64,000 nt of DNA, taken from NCBI GenBank assembly GCA_024704765.1, contig JAKMXF010000122.1:310001-374000 (forward strand), given 5' to 3'. Source of the DNA: Oopsacas minuta. Its lineage: Eukaryota; Animalia; Porifera. Position numbers and translations under genes: made by a program. Under the pieces are notes generated by a model. The model was not told where the DNA came from. It was given only the letters and a program-made list of their open reading frames with translations, and did not search any database. Every line of letters starts with the position of its first letter. The first letter of the stretch is position 1. Shown in pieces: positions 26,690 to 41,481 of the stretch.

Positions 26690-28030
26690 GCTCCAAGGTG
26701 TAGATGAGATAGCAACAACTAGCAAATGCGCTTACATAGACTTATTTTGCACTTACAACCAAAAATTAGTTGTAGATTTTCACATTTAACAAGTTTACTC
26801 ATTCAATTTCTGTTGCACATATTTATGGTAATTCTCACCTGTTACAAGTATACATATTCTATTTCAATAGTCTCCACATTTTCACAGTGATTCTCTCATG
26901 TAACAAGTTGAATACTTATATTTCAACAGTCTGAACATAATCATGGTGTTTCCCACTTTCAACAAGATTACTTATACTGTTTGAACCGTATGCACAAATT
27001 CACGTCGATAATGACCTATTACAAGTATAACTATTCTATTAATACAGTTTGCACAGGTTCATGGTAGTTCTCACTTGTGACTATATCTGTCATTCAATTT
27101 CAACTGTTTGCACATATTAACAATGATACTCACCAGTAACAAGTTTAATTATTCAATTTCCACTCTTTACAATTATTCACGGTGATTCTAGCATTTAAAC
27201 TTTTTGATCATTCATTTTCCACTTTATGTACTTATTTATTGCGAATCTGACAAGTAACCGCTATAGTCATTCAATTTCAATGTCTTTATGTATTCATTGT
27301 GATTCTTTTATTTAACTTGTTTTATTATTCAATTTCAGCATTTTGCATTTGTTAACCGTGATTCTGAAGTATACACGGTTTAATCATTTCGTTCTTTCTG
27401 TCTTCACTTGTTAACGGGAATTCTGGCATCTACAAGTTTGGTCAATTATTTTCAATTGTCTGCCCATTTTCAAGTTGATAATTCCCGGTAATTCTAAGAT
27501 GTAAACACTATAAACATTCAATCTAGTTGATAAATTCCCGAGTATTCTGACATGTAAACACTATATACATTCAATCTTCGCTTTCTGCACATATTCACTG
27601 TGATACTTTACTGTAACAAGTATGATCATTACATCTCCACGATTTGTATGTATTTATGGTTATTGTACTGGGGAAACAGAGAAACCATTAACTTCAACAA
27701 TCTGCACGAAATTATGGGGATTCCGGCATGTAACTGCCATTAATCATTCAATTTCAACTGTCTGCACCTATCCACAGTGATTCTGACATGTAGGAAGAAT
27801 AATCAGTCAAATATACCAGCCTGCATATTTTCACTGTAATTATGACATGTTACAAGTTGGATGATTTTATTTCAACTGTTTGCACATATCCGCTGTGATT
27901 ATGACATGTAACAAGAAAAATGATTCAATATCAACTGTTTGCACATATTCACTGTGATTATGACAAGGAACTAGTTGACGGTCATTCAATTTTTAGTGTC
28001 TGCACTTATTCAGGTTGATTCTGACATGTA
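26690..28030 (+). repeat. Degenerate satellite, ~58-60 bp monomer, about 20 or more units
   Basis: The TTCAATTT anchor recurs at 27093, 27152, 27270 and 27328. Consensus is roughly CTGTTTGCACATATTCACTGTGATTATGACATGTAACAAG...ATTCAATTTCAA. Confidence 0.85.
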
Positions 28031-28379
28031 ATACCTAATGTAGTTATTTGCACATTTAGCAAACATTCGGTTTCATAAATTTGATATTTTTGTATCCATG
28101 GTTAAATTGTTTTGCATATTTTTAGTGAACCATATGTATAATATTTATCGTAAACCTTTGGTGTATACTTTTTGTTCTTCGTTAAATATTATGGACACAA
28201 AATTTTATACGATGTTATTAATACTGGTATTGCAAACAAATTTCACATATCAAAGAATCTCATGGGGATGTTATTGAAGCAGGAAACTATGATATTTTGG
28301 GATAAAGGAGTAATGATGGAAAATCAAAGTCTTAAAAAAGAGATTGTGAAAATACATAAATCAAAGTGAATTTTCAAAA

Positions 28380-28700
28380 ACAATGTCCAATTTGCTTCAA
28401 TGCAATACTGTCGAATTATTTCAAATCCTACAATGCCTAATGTTGGCATATATATATATATATCTAATATCCAAAATACAAGAATGTCCGATTTTCGCTA
28501 ACGCGACATTTTCCACTTAGCCAAAAATAGAACAAAATGTCTAATTTTATCAAATATTCAGTATGTTCAATTGTACTAAATACAACAATGTCAAATTCAC
28601 TCGAACATAGGTAAAATTTTCACCATTTTAACAAAGTCCAGTTTTCATAATATTTGTCCAACTATCCAATTACATCAATGTCTAATTTTACCAATACAAC
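28380..28700 (+). repeat. Degenerate short-period repeat (ACAA(C/T)AATGTCCAATT); a related tract lies at 36970-37500
   Basis: CAATGTC / ATCCAATT motifs recur in both tracts. Confidence 0.55.
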
Positions 28701-28744
28701 GATGTTACACTTAAATATCTTATATATTTATCCTAAGTATTTTT

Positions 28745-28930
28745 TCGGTTTTGTCCGGAAATGGATGAGCAACTGGTAAGAGCTAAAGAACTGAAATTTG
28801 GCAGGATTGTGGTAGTTAATTAATCTATAAACAAGTTCCTAGATCTGAGCGACCTCAAAAGGTTTCTGTGATAGGTGTCAAAATATGTTGACTTATCAGA
28901 ATTGACGCCTACAATTTGGGATCAAGGGTG
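28745..28930 (+). repeat. Dispersed repeat, second copy at ~30635-30810 (Helentron/HINE-like by character)
   Basis: Both copies share ACTGGTAAGAGCTA...TGAAATTTGGCA...CTA(A)GATCT(G/A)AGCGA...GATAGGTG. Confidence 0.6.
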
Positions 28931-29065
28931 TTTGCAGGATTCGGATAGCCCGAAGCAGGGGCGGGTCTATGAATAACAACTGGGACATGTTTTCTACCGT
29001 ACCAACTAACAATTACAAAGTATAGTGGCTCAGTTCTAGGATGTTTGACTTTATATTAATATATA

Positions 29066-30412
29066 CAGGGTGTCTCAAAAGTCTTTTTCTCTTATGAATA
29101 CCACTATAATATAGAATTTCTTAGATAAATTCATCTAATTATTTGCCTATATATTCACCATTAAGTTTTATACATGAATTAATTCGACTTGGCATCCCAT
29201 CAACTAAATTCTCAAGTATCGACGGGCTAATCCCATTCCATATATTTTCCAAATATTTTCCGAGCTGTGTTAAATTTGTAGCGGGCTTTCTCTTGTCTAG
29301 CTCTGCTTGCATAATAGACCAAAGATTTTCGATGGGATTTAAATCTGGGGAGTTACTAGGCCAAACACCTTTCTCCCAAAAGCCAGGTAGATGCTCTGAA
29401 AGCCATTTCTGGGTCCTTATGGCTGTATGGGCAGGGGCGCCATCCTGCATGAAAATTGTCTCGGACATCTTTCGACAGATTTTCCTTTGGGTAAGTGGGG
29501 CGCTAGTCTTTCTACGCTTAAAGGTAGGGAGACAACACTTCTCCAGGATTTCATTAATATAGTAGTCAGTATTCACTGAGTGTTTTGGGGGGATGAAGTG
29601 TAGTTCTGATAGCCCTGACCGGCTTATCATTCCCCAGACCATCATTTGGGGGGGTTTTTGACTGATTCAACTGTGGTAATGTTGTGCGGATTAATGTCCC
29701 AAACACGATCATTCTGCCTATTAGTCGGATGGAAAAGCTCAAAAGGGCTTTCATCACTAAAAAGAACTCTTCCCCAATCACGACCAGTCCATGTTTTGCG
29801 TTCCTGACAGAATTCTAGCCTCTTTACCCCTTTTGTTTTTCAGTCAATTTCGGGTATGAGGTTCTTTTATAGGCTTTCGCTCCGATTGTGTCGCGTAAAT
29901 AACGGTGAATTGTGTCTTTACTAACGCTCACCGACTTAGGCGAGATATATTCCGCAAGATTTCGGGTTGAATTGTAGCGTTTCTCGATTGATTTTCGAAT
30001 TATAATTTTCAGAATCCGAGAAAGCTTCGTCGGAAGTCCAGACCGGTGCTTGTCATCAAGCAAATATCCAGCTCTATGCCTTTTACACCAGTTCCGAACT
30101 GTCCGAATTGTGACTCCAAGAGTATTGGCGACTGTTTTCTATGTTGAACCCGCTTCAATCATGCTAATCGCTCGCTCACGAACAGCAAATCTCGGTTTCA
30201 TGACATTCATGTATGAAATTTGTGAGGGTTGAGAAAAAATTACGAAATATAAACAGATTATCAAATAAGGAAATGAAGTATTCATTATAGTATTGGACTA
30301 CTATAGACTAATAATAATAATCTGAAAAATGGTCGGTTAGTAAACAATACTGTTCGATTTATAACGACTTCAATCGAAGTACTGAGGAGGAAAAAACTTT
30401 TGAGACACCCTG
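29066..30412 (-). mobile_element. Tc1-like DD37E transposon, 1347 bp, decayed transposase (~29139-30208)
   Basis: TIR CAGGGTGTCTCAAAAGT and TA TSD. Motifs VLFSDES and FMQDGAPAH...SPDLNPIE with spacing 37. Confidence 0.93.
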
Positions 30413-30414
30413 TA

Positions 30415-30598
30415 TAGTGGAGTCTCCTAAAACGGACACTCCGAGAATCAGACATTCCCTCTCCAACGAACAAACATCCTGCAACGGAATGAATTAGCAA
30501 TCATATATGTAATACTTTAGCAGTGTCCGAGAATGGGACAACTCCTAAAAAGGACAGAAGGATATTCCCAACGTATCCGTTATTCAGAGACTATGCTA
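30415..30598. mobile_element. Small pogo/Tigger-like MITE abutting the DD37E element
   Basis: TAGTGGAGTCTCCTAAAACGGACA is loosely mirrored by TATCCGTTATTCAGAGACTATGCTA. Confidence 0.45.
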
Positions 30599-32252
30599 TA
30601 TATATAGGTCTAATATATAATTTGTCGATGGTATACATTTTGTTCGGAATAGATTGAAGAACTGGTAAGAGCTACAAACTTGAAATTTGGCATATGTGTG
30701 GAATGTGATAAATCTAGGAACAAATTCTAAGATCTAAGCGATATCTGAAACTCTCTTAGATAGGTGCTATAATATATTGACCTATTAGATTCGAGTGTTT
30801 AACAACTTGGGAAGCAATAATTAGAAGTTAATATCACTGAAGATGATATACTTGACTCGGGCCATATTGAAGAAGGCATCTTCGACGCACCCGCAAGCTA
30901 TTTGATGGTGAGGGTGAGACTAAAGATGTCACCAAGCTGTCCGGAAAGAAACCACGGAAACACCGAATGTTGAAAGGGAACTAAGTGACCCTAATATTGC
31001 TCTTAGTCATTAAAAGACCAAGTTAATTGTGGACAATAACAAGTGGAAACACAGATTTACAGGGAAGGGTTACCCTTCAATTTAAATTTAATTTTAACAT
31101 ATAAAAGTATACAAACATTTTATAGAACAAGTAATTCATCCACTTTTCAAATATTATGTAGCATTCAAACAAAGATATTCTTATCTAAAATGTAAATAAC
31201 GACAATGTATTGGGTAGAATTGTAAGTGAGCCAACTCGATTGAAATTTTGGAATATTTCAAAAAATTTTTTTGAATCTCATAGACATATCAAATAATTTA
31301 TATATAACTCAACTCTACTATTGTACAGTTTTTGTATATTAGTTTTCCATGTTCGAGGAAAGGTCATTTATTAGTCCTAATGAAAGTCACCTTTTTGGAA
31401 TTAGGGCATGGGGTTTTTGTATTACAAAAACTATACTATACTATAGTTGAGCTATATATAAGGAATCTGTAGATACATATACGATATAAACTAAATATGT
31501 ACTATGTGTATGGAATGTATTATCAGAGAGTTTTTGATATATCGCTAGATTTTGTAATATCTCAGAATAGATTTTAATAAATTAACTAATAGATCCTATT
31601 TTACAAAATAATTAATTTTCCAGTATGTTTATTAAACTTGTATCTAAGTTTGTGAATTTAATTACCGTACTTAGAAATTAATTTCCCGCTTAAAGTAGGT
31701 AGTTCAAATGGTATGATACACCCAACGGTGAGAGACAAGTATATACGTTAGTGATTAATTCCATAAACGTTTTCCTAACTACATAATGTGGAATTAATGA
31801 TTATTTGTGGCCAACGTAATGCTATTACGAGAAATTAAAATGATAGATATGTATTTGTTCAATGAATATAAAAGAGGAATATAGCGGGCAGCCGAAGGGT
31901 GCCACTCGCGAACTCTTTGGGTTCGTGTGCCGCGCAACGCAAGTAAACGTAGCTTGCTTGTCTATTTATGTTTTCGTTCTGCTGTTCACGCCTTTAGAGA
32001 TTAAGATACCAAATTTGCATGTATACTGAGAATGACATCAATTTGTCCACTTGACAATAAAAGTATTTCTAATGTATAGATTCATACACATTTTGATTAG
32101 CCTGTTTATTAATCCAATTAGATTGTATTGCTTTAGGCATAAATGCATAAACTTAGTTCTGTGGAGTGTATATCATTATTGGCACCATAATGTATTTGTA
32201 TTGCATATAGACTGCAATTCTATTGGTCAGTACATTATACTCAGGGTATATA

Positions 32253-33408
32253 TGTTACAGTCAATGTGTAAAATCAGTCAATTTACAAATTGACTAAAAT
32301 TTCCAGTCAATTTGTAAATTAACTGATTCACTTAGGCAATTTACAAATTGACTAGAATTTTCAGCCAATTTACAAATTGACTGAATCATTGGTCGTTTTT
32401 TATGACAGATTGACTGAACCGTATTACGAATTTAATTAATTGATATCAATATCTATTAAAAGCATGTGATTACAGCATACTGACTAAATAGTTCATATAT
32501 CGTTCCCATTCAGATCTTGTTGGGGCAGGTCATGCTCGCGTGACACTTGCTATTACATTTAAGTCCAGTCTTGAAACACTTACATTTGTTTGATTTGCAT
32601 TGTGTACCACTTTGTGTACAGTTACACTTGGCAAACCCTTGTCCACCACACTTTGACCCTTGTTGAACAGCTTGTCGTATGCCTATTTCTTTGTCTGTGG
32701 TGAAATCGTTCACACTGTGTAGCGGATGGGGACACAAATCAAACTGATTTCGGTTGTATGATCCTTTCAGGATTCCAGATCGGACTGCTATACGATGCAT
32801 GTCAATTTCATTTCTTTCCAGAATTACACCCATCATGTTTCGAGGATGACCTCTATTTGTTCACTTACCTGCCAAGGATATCGTACTGCCTGTTGGACTT
32901 CTTTGTGGTGTCAGATGCAACTTTGACCTCTTCAAGCAACAAAAAATACTCGTGTTTGGTCATCAATAATGATTTGGCATCGGAGCTTTTCCGTTTCAAC
33001 ATCTCCTCACGAAAGACTGTTCCTTAGTTTCCGACATCTTTTAGAGTTATGAGGGTGTTCATATTACCTTGCCTTTTATACTCCAGAATATTTCACGTCG
33101 ATAGATGCTTCCCTTTGATATGTTGTTATTGAGGATACACTACTTTGAGCCAGGTTTCTCTTATACATTTTCAATTCTTAAGTTGAGTAGACGTATATGT
33201 TTTGGAATAACAACAATTGCAAGATTTCCCATTTATTCACTACTTTATTGATTTGTAATTCGTAATATGTTTTCAGTCAATCTGTCAAAAAAAACGACCA
33301 ATGATTCAGTCAATTTGTAAATTGCCTAAGTGAATCAGTCAATGTACAAATTGACTGGAAATTTCAGCCAATTTGTAAGTTGACTGATTTTACACATTGA
33401 CTGTAACA
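32253..33408 (-). mobile_element. Ginger-type element, internal-deletion derivative (1156 bp)
   Basis: TGTTACA...TGTAACA ends, ~150-bp TIRs built from CAGTCAATTT units and TATA TSD. It keeps only the Cys-rich C-terminal exon (CNC..QCKSNKCKCFKTGLKCNSKCH) and 5' sequence, and is homologous to 55298-57715. Confidence 0.88.
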
Positions 33409-35607
33409 TATACACAATACACTTATTTACCATATCATTAATCTTTTTTCTAGCTTTTTGGCAATATATTTCATAATTGTCCTAAAGATTAGCTTCCACT
33501 GGCAATTTTTAGGAAAATAATGACGTAGAATTCGATTCCGATACTCAACACGGAACAATGCTACGAACTTGTCACGGAACTCAGATAGGAAAGCGACTTT
33601 ATAGTTCAGTTTTTACTTGTTCAATTGATCAAAATCTTTCAGATTAACTGAATTAACAGGTGTAGTTAAATCCGGGGCAAAAGTCAAGGGCTATCCCCCG
33701 GTTATCGATTCCTACCTTCATGGAGCAGGGGAAGAGGCCAAAGTTCCTGAATCCCCTATTTTTGCCCCGACGCTTTCCCCTAGGACCTCAACTGATTGGG
33801 ATAGACAGGTTAATTTGAATGCAAATAATTACTCTATCGTTCAATTTCGCAAAAGTTTCAAATCCCAATTTAGTACATGTCTAACTACGTTTGTTAATTT
33901 ATTATTGCACAATAATTAACTTATGAAACCACAATATAGTAGAAATAATTAAATGCCCTATGGGATAAATATTTAACCATTGATAATTTTGATGTTCTTT
34001 CCATATACCTTAATTTATTAGAACTAAGAGGATCGTGATGCCAGAATATTCTTGCAAAATACAGTTGATAGTCTTATTACAAATACTAAATGCCGATTAA
34101 AGTTCTTAAGTTTTTATTAATAAACTAGCAGAGCTCAGACCTCCATTCTTTCAGTGTCTGTAAACCTCACAACGGACAATTTCAAAACTCTAAATATCCC
34201 CCACATGACAATTCCACAAACTACTGCAACGGAGCAATATGATTAGTTGTTGATTGTTCACTGAGAGATCCATCAGGAGGACGAGAAGCGTTCACAAGCA
34301 TTAAAAGACATTCATGAGTGCCAATGGCCCCATAAAGCATTTCGCAGGAACTAGCAGAATCCTCCCGGAGGGCGGAGCTATGCTAGCATATTTATATTTC
34401 TAAACAGGGTTGCGACATTTCTACATACATCACAACTTATGCCATTAACAAACATCAGGCAGTAGACAGGGGGGGCCAAGAGGGGCTCAACTCCCCCTAG
34501 AAAATTTTGGCACCATCTAAAGTGCTTTTGTCGTGCAATAACTACATCATATTATCTTGGAATTCGAATAATTTACCTAATTCCTCATAGATATTTGTCC
34601 CTGGATGGTTGGGATGTATGCATTTATGTCAATAAATACCATTTTAATTCATTATAGATACTACAGAAATTAAGTGCAAAATATCATTCAAAAAATACAA
34701 CATAAGAAAGTCTGTTCTAAAATATACATAGCAGTGTTTTATAGACCCACACAACGTTCTAGAATATACTTAAATATTCTTAATCTTTCTCACCTACTGC
34801 TATAATCCTGTTCATTGAGTCTATTGAGGATGATAGAACATATTCGCTTTTCTGCCAATTTGATGGATCAGATCGCCTTCATATGAATTATGTTGATAAC
34901 AATGACTGGTAAACAGAACTTGGTTTGATCAAATTAATCACAAATTTAGTCGATATTTATCTGAATTTTGGACTTCTATCTAGTTTATTCTAATTTATTG
35001 ACCCAAGAGTAAGTTGGTCTTGATTGAGTTATTTATTTGCACTCAATTACTAGAGTTTGTCCCAATTAATCGGAGGTGTCCATATTAACTGAAAATATTT
35101 AGTATAAACTTTAACTTGAGTAATGTAAATACCTCTATTATTATAGACATAAACATGGTGGCCCATCAGACTTACATAAATCTTTCTTCATGTTTAGCTA
35201 TGTAAACCAGTTGACAAAACTTTCCAGGTCTATTCTCACCAAACTTATACAAACAGTTTCCATTAGAGTCTCATACCCGAATTATGCTATTAACCAGTCA
35301 GCTACAAAAGATTCCAAAAGTCAAAAAATTTCCATCCCTACCCATTTTCTTGATACTTCTAGTAACAAGAAGACACCTAATCATTGTAAATGACTTCTCC
35401 CTTAAATCAATAATTCCAACGAATTCCAGAAATTCATCAATATCTGAGTCATATTGTATCATGGTTTTAGTTCAGTGATGTTTGAGTTCTTTCAATGTCT
35501 GTGTATTGTATTTTACATTTTGTTAATTAAAAGAATTCAAAAGTTCACTTGAAATGTAGGAACAATACCCCAAACACAATAAATTCGAATTTTTCCCGAT
35601 ATATCTA

Positions 35608-36967
35608 CCAGGTGGGCCAAAAAGACCAGAACCCGTAATAAATTTGTTATTTCTCTACTTTCTTCAAGGGTAGAGAATTAAAACTTAAATATTATCAAAT
35701 TCCAAGTATTTAAATCAAAAATGCAAGTTTATACTATCCTAGCTCAAGTGGTTCTTGATCTATAGAACATGTTCGAGGTGGCATCTATTTAGATTTGCGC
35801 ATTTTCCCAGGCGTAAAACAAGTTCTGCATCACTGATTTGCAACTTACCCTTGAGATGCTTCTCATCTCCTCCTGGATCTTTTTCTTAAGTTCTCCGAGT
35901 GTCCTTGGCTTTGTAGCATATACCCTGCCCTTCAGGAACCCCCAGAGGTAATAGTCTGGGGGACTGAGATCCGGAGAGTAGGGTGCCCACTCATGGTCAC
36001 ACTTGCGACTGATCACTGGGCTTCCGAATTGGTTCTTGATCCAATTCAGGCTTTTGTTTGAGGTATGGGGTGTTGCTCCATCCTGTTGGAACCAGAATTT
36101 GGGCAGGTATCCTCTATAATTCTCTTCAAGCTCCTTCCAGAAGACTTCCAGGATCTTAAGGTAACGGTCGGTGTAAACGTCACAGTATTTTGTTGCTCCT
36201 CGGAGAACAACGAGCCAACTACCCCTTTCATTGAGAATGCAGCCAAATCTGTGACCTCTGAGAATGTAGAGGTTTTTCTGTCACTTCTGCCGGTCGTTCT
36301 GAACCCCAGTAGACCTTGTTTCTAGAATTCACCTGCCCATCAAGATGAAAATGAGCTTCGTCCGTTGTCCAGAGATGGTCCAAGAAGATCTTTGATGTCT
36401 CAATCAGAGCAAATAACAACTTAGCCATCTCAAATCTCTTCACCTTGTCGGAATTTGCGAGTTTCTGGTGTATCTGTATACGAGTATGCCTATAGTCTTA
36501 AGTCATTATGAAGAACCTTGCGAAGTGTAGTGCATGATAAGCCAAGCAATTGACACCTCTTTCTTGTCGACCTCTTTGGGGAGTGAAGAACGACTAACGA
36601 ACGACTTTGATAACTTCATCCGTACGGATCTTCTTCCTCCCTGAGTAGCTCAGACGACTATCTAATTTAGAGTTGAGGTTCTTAACAGTGCCCTCCTGTT
36701 CAAATTTCTTGATCCATCCAAAGATAATGGATTTGCTGGGTGCTTGGGCTGCTTAAACTCTTGCGAAAATTTGGTCTGTACAGCATTGTAAGAATGTAAC
36801 TTGTAGTAGAACTTGACACAGTATATTCGCTTCTCTGTGCTCCACTGCTTGTCATTACGCGCCTAATAGAGGTATCTACCATATCCTAATATATTATTTG
36901 ATTAGTACAAAAGGCATAAGCAGAAAGAACGAAAATCACTTGGGATTTGTTTTTTTGGCCCACCCGA
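35608..36967 (-). mobile_element. Tc1/mariner DD41D (Visitor/rosa) transposon, 1360 bp, frameshifted
   Basis: TIR core GGTGGGCCAAAAA and TA TSD. Motifs WTTDEAHF and FQQDGATPH...SPDLSPPDYYLWG with spacing 41. Confidence 0.9.
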
Positions 36968-38379
36968 TACAATTATCGCTAACACAACAAAGTCAATTAT
37001 CCAAATGTTTTCATTGTTCTAAAACACATATCCAATTATCTAAAATATACAATGTAGTATTATTCACATTACAACAATGTACAGTTATCCAATGGAAGAA
37101 TATCTAAATTCCCAAAGTATATTTTCAAATCTGCCTATTCCAAAAATGTTCTGTCGTTCACAATACAACAATGTGCAAAGTTCCAAAGATAGGACCAATA
37201 TTTCCAAATGCAACAATTTCATTTTCCCCAAAATATTCCACAATTTTCTCAATTAATCTTATCTTCCATTCTCCCATTTGCAAAAATCTCTTTTTGTTCA
37301 CAACACAACAATATCCAATATTCCCAGTGTACAACAATGTCTTTTTCTTCCAAATATATATATAATGATCCCAAAAGCTACTATCTCCAAATGCTTTACA
37401 TTTGCTAATTATTTGGAGATAGTCCCGTTATGACAATGCCACATTGTCCAATTATCACAAGTTTACTACTGTCCAAAATTCTTCAAGTGTCTAAAATATT
37501 CACATTAGAAATTTCTGAATGTCAGTTGTGTGACTAGATGTGACCACGAGTACACATGGCATATTTTGTGTCTACATCTAAAAGTGTGAATAGCAGAGCA
37601 AAACAAATATACATATATACTAAGTCAACCATTTTAATTTACTGTGCTATGAATGAGTACTAGTCGCCATAGTAAAAACCGGATCAGGATTTTTAATATA
37701 TTTGGGCAATTAAATTGATTTCTGTTTATTTGGTAACCAAACATACAGACAACAGTTGCAAATATAAAATATGATGAATTTGTGTGCTTCGCTTTCTATG
37801 TCGCTCGTTACTGTACTATTGCCAGATGAGACAATTGCGGGATCATTTCTTTCTGGTGCTTACTTACGTTTTGTAATAAAAATTTGTTGAATTTGACTAG
37901 TGAATCATTATTCATAAATTGAATTAACAAAAATATCAAGTATCGTATCCTTTTTTTAGTAATTCTATATTGATGTCACATCTAAGCTATTAAGATCGTA
38001 CGATAATTGATTTCTCGATCACGATCGCGATACTTTTTTGACGATCGGGCGACGATCGGCGGTAGTTGTTTTTTAGGGGTCGGAAGTAGAACGCGATCAT
38101 TATTTGCATAAAAGTTCTCGATAATTATTTCGATCATTTTTCTATACTCTGGATGCTACTATCATTTGCATTTTAATGCTTATGTAATTGTTCCAATTTG
38201 GAGTTCAACAATCAGTAATATTCGTTCAAAGAGTGTGTTGATTCTCCATTGCTGTTTAATATGCAACCATAAATATAAAGATATTATAGTTCGGTTTGAG
38301 TAATGGATTCGTTACGAAAACACTCTGAATCATAATTATTTTATTGTGTAAGGTTTATCTTCTAATAATATGTGTACTA

Positions 38380-39620
38380 TTCAGAAAAGACTGTAAAGGA
38401 AGTGCGAATTTGGAAAGGCCACGAATTTGATTTATCCTAAGTCAGAACATAATCATGGATTACAAGACTATCGTGCAGAAGTATATGCAATTAAATCAAA
38501 GTGCAAAACAAAAGCTCATACCTCGCATCACAATCTGAAACTAATATTCAACGATGCCACGAGATCAAATCCTTCTGCTTCTCAAGTCACATTTCAAGAA
38601 TGTGAATCGTCAATGTTTCGGGCAAGGAAAACATTATACCCTATGATCCCACAATCTACTAGTGAATTTAGTGAAGTTCAACCCACAACAACATTTGCAG
38701 AATTCATAAGGCTACTATCAGTGTAGATGCTCGGATAGCTGCCATTTCTTTTCTGACAAATTATACGATCTTCTCGCAGAGATTACCAGTATCCAATTTG
38801 ACTGGACATTCTACACCGTGCCTAGACAATTTTACCAATGGTGTACTCTTTTTCTTCCATTTGGGAAACATGCAATTCCTACCATTCACTGCTTGCTGAC
38901 TAATAAAGATCATCTGCTATATGTGGCAGTTATACAGAAGATAAGAGAACTTGTTCCTCAGCTAGGACCGGATTGTCGATGTCAGGTATGGAAACCAGTA
39001 GTTCGGAATGGTGTCAAGCGAGTTTATCCAGGAATTCAAGTGAACGAGTGCTGATTCCATTATGCGCAAGCTATTTTTAGAAAACTCAAAAGTATGGTAA
39101 GGCTCCGACTTACGGAGGAAATTCTGATTGTGAATCATTCGTTAAGAAGTTCATGGCAATTCCGTTTCTTCCAGCTAAATTGATTCTTCCAACATATACC
39201 CTTCTTCAAATTCCAACATTGCAACAGAGTCAATTGAAGAAAAAGTATTTTGAATTCTTTTAAGAAGCAGTGGCTAACAAAATGGGTCTTGAAGGACTGT
39301 CAATTTTTAACCTTAAAATGTAACAAACAATGCAGCAGAAAGTTATCATGGTTAAATTAAGTCTATCATAAAATCAAGGCATCCAAGAATTTGGAGTTTC
39401 CTGTCATTCACAATATAATTGCTGCCTTTGATAATGAAATGGCCCGAATACAGGAAAGAAGAGAGGTAATGCGACCAAGCAAAAGAAGAACGTATTGAAT
39501 AATGAACATCGAAAGCGCTGCAAATATAACTGTTGAGTGGGAGTTACTCTCCCATCCAATTTCTCGAAAGAATTAGTTACGATATAGGCAATGCTACTTC
39601 ATTAGAAGGCACAATTAATT
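38380..39620 (+). pseudogene. Decayed FLYWCH-type MULE transposase
   Basis: Motifs RKDCKGSA..SEHNH, FDWTFYTVPRQFYQ, AIPTIHCLLTNK and C.FHYAQA across several frames. Confidence 0.75.
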
Positions 39621-40151
39621 CAGATGATTTGGATGTGTTAGAGGAGCTGAATCTTTTGGTAATGAAACAAATAAATGTGTAGTTGGCCTACAAACAAGGT
39701 ATACCACTTAGGGATTCATGCCTTACAAGCATGCAAATGGTTGCACACAGAGTAGCGACACAATTGAGCAACTTCAACAGACTTGTCCAACTTGCAGAGG
39801 CATAGTTGAAGGCAAATTTCAAATTTTCTAAATTAATATCTCTTGCACATTTTATAATGCATACCTAGTTAAGTAATATTTTCTATATATCATATTTCAA
39901 AATAAATTTCAATTCTCACGTATATTTAGAAATCTCTAAATTAATGAATCAGACAGTTGGAATTCGACTTAATGTAAACAATGAAATTCGACCTTATGCA
40001 TTCATATTTAATTCGAAGAAATGCCAACACACAGACTTCGACCTGAAGCAGCGCTCCCAATCTTTCTGTGGCAGCTAATGCTATTGCATAGCAATACACC
40101 CCGATAATCCGAACAACTTCGCTATACACTTTCTATTTTGGTGTTCGGATA

Positions 40152-41481
40152 CTAGGGCGTTCAATAAGTCTTGCGGGTGATATCATAGAATATGATACAA
40201 ACACTATACACACTAATTCACTATATCATATATCCAAAGTAATCCCCTCCTGCAGATACACAAAGTTTTAACCTTTCCACCCACTTGTAAAACACATATC
40301 TGTACTCTTCTTCGGGGATGGATTTGAGGTACTGGTACAGGCCCTTTCCGAGTGCTTGTAATGTGTTAAAATCTTTGCCTTGAAGGTAGATTTAAAGCTT
40401 GGGGAATAGCCAAAAGCACACGGAAGTTAGGTCTGGTGAGTATGGTGGATGGGGAAGTAATTCTAATCCTTCTACATCCAAGGAATCTTTGGTAAGCTTA
40501 GCTATATGGGAACTGGCGTTATTAATTAATATCTTCATTCCTCGAGTTCCGGTTTTCGGCGGTACTTTTCTAGATATTTTATCAAATTTAGAAGCACTTG
40601 CTCTGTAAAGAAAGTAGCACTAACAGCCTTGCCACTCTCACAAGGTAATTGCAAGACAATTCCATGACTACTGAAGAAGATGGTATACATAATTTTAGGT
40701 TTTCTGAAGTCAGGCCTAGGAATTTCGCCGGTTGTTCGTCGCCCCTCACCTATGATCGCTTCTTATACTTACTATATGGTGTTGAATAGTACACCCACGT
40801 CTCGTCACCAGTAATAATCTATGTTAGGCGTCTAGAGTCACAGTTCTCATAAGTTTCCAAGTGTTTCCTGGCAATATTCAGTCGTGCCAACCTTTGATTC
40901 TCACTGAGCTTATGCGGGACCTATTTCTCACAAATCGGTCGGTAGCCAAGCTCAGTCGTCAGAATTGTATGAATAGCTCCCGATGAAATCTCCATACTTT
41001 GTTATAACTGATTGACAGTAATGTCTTGGATTCCATGACCATACTTTCAATGAGTGCGTTATTCTCTGAATTGGTGGCGGATACCCGTCCTCCAGATCGA
41101 GGCAAATCTGTGACATCAGCATCACCAGATCCAAACGGGCAGCCCATCGCTCTACAGTAGATCTGAAAGAGCAATCCACGCATAGTATCTCCTGTAACTC
41201 ACTGAAGATCTGTACTGGCTGAATCTTGAGTATTGTGCGAAACTCTATGTAAGCTCGCCATTTGAAGTTGAAATTATCATCCTTTGAAGCGATAAATTCA
41301 ACAGTGGGTATAAATTGACTACACGTAACTATCTCAAAAATACATGATTTGTATTGAATAAGCTTGAAACTTTCGGATATGGAGTTTAACTATAAGGGCT
41401 TATACTATATGAAAGTTAGATATATTACTTGGTTAATTCCTAAGATAATTCATGGCCCGCCAGACTTATCCAACGCCCTGA
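40152..41481 (-). mobile_element. mariner DD34D transposon, 1330 bp, heavily decayed
   Basis: Imperfect TIR (AGGGCGTT(CA/GG)ATAAGTCT(T/G)GCGGG) and TA TSD. IITGDETW and PYSPDL motifs plus a PRSG HTH linker. Confidence 0.85.

Noticed and set aside
33660-33790. tRNA or structured ncRNA in a GC-richer patch
   Set aside because: There is no cloverleaf or A/B box pattern, only a short GGGGCAAAA/TTTTGCCCC inverted pair more like a MITE relic. No tRNA or rRNA was recognised anywhere in the window.
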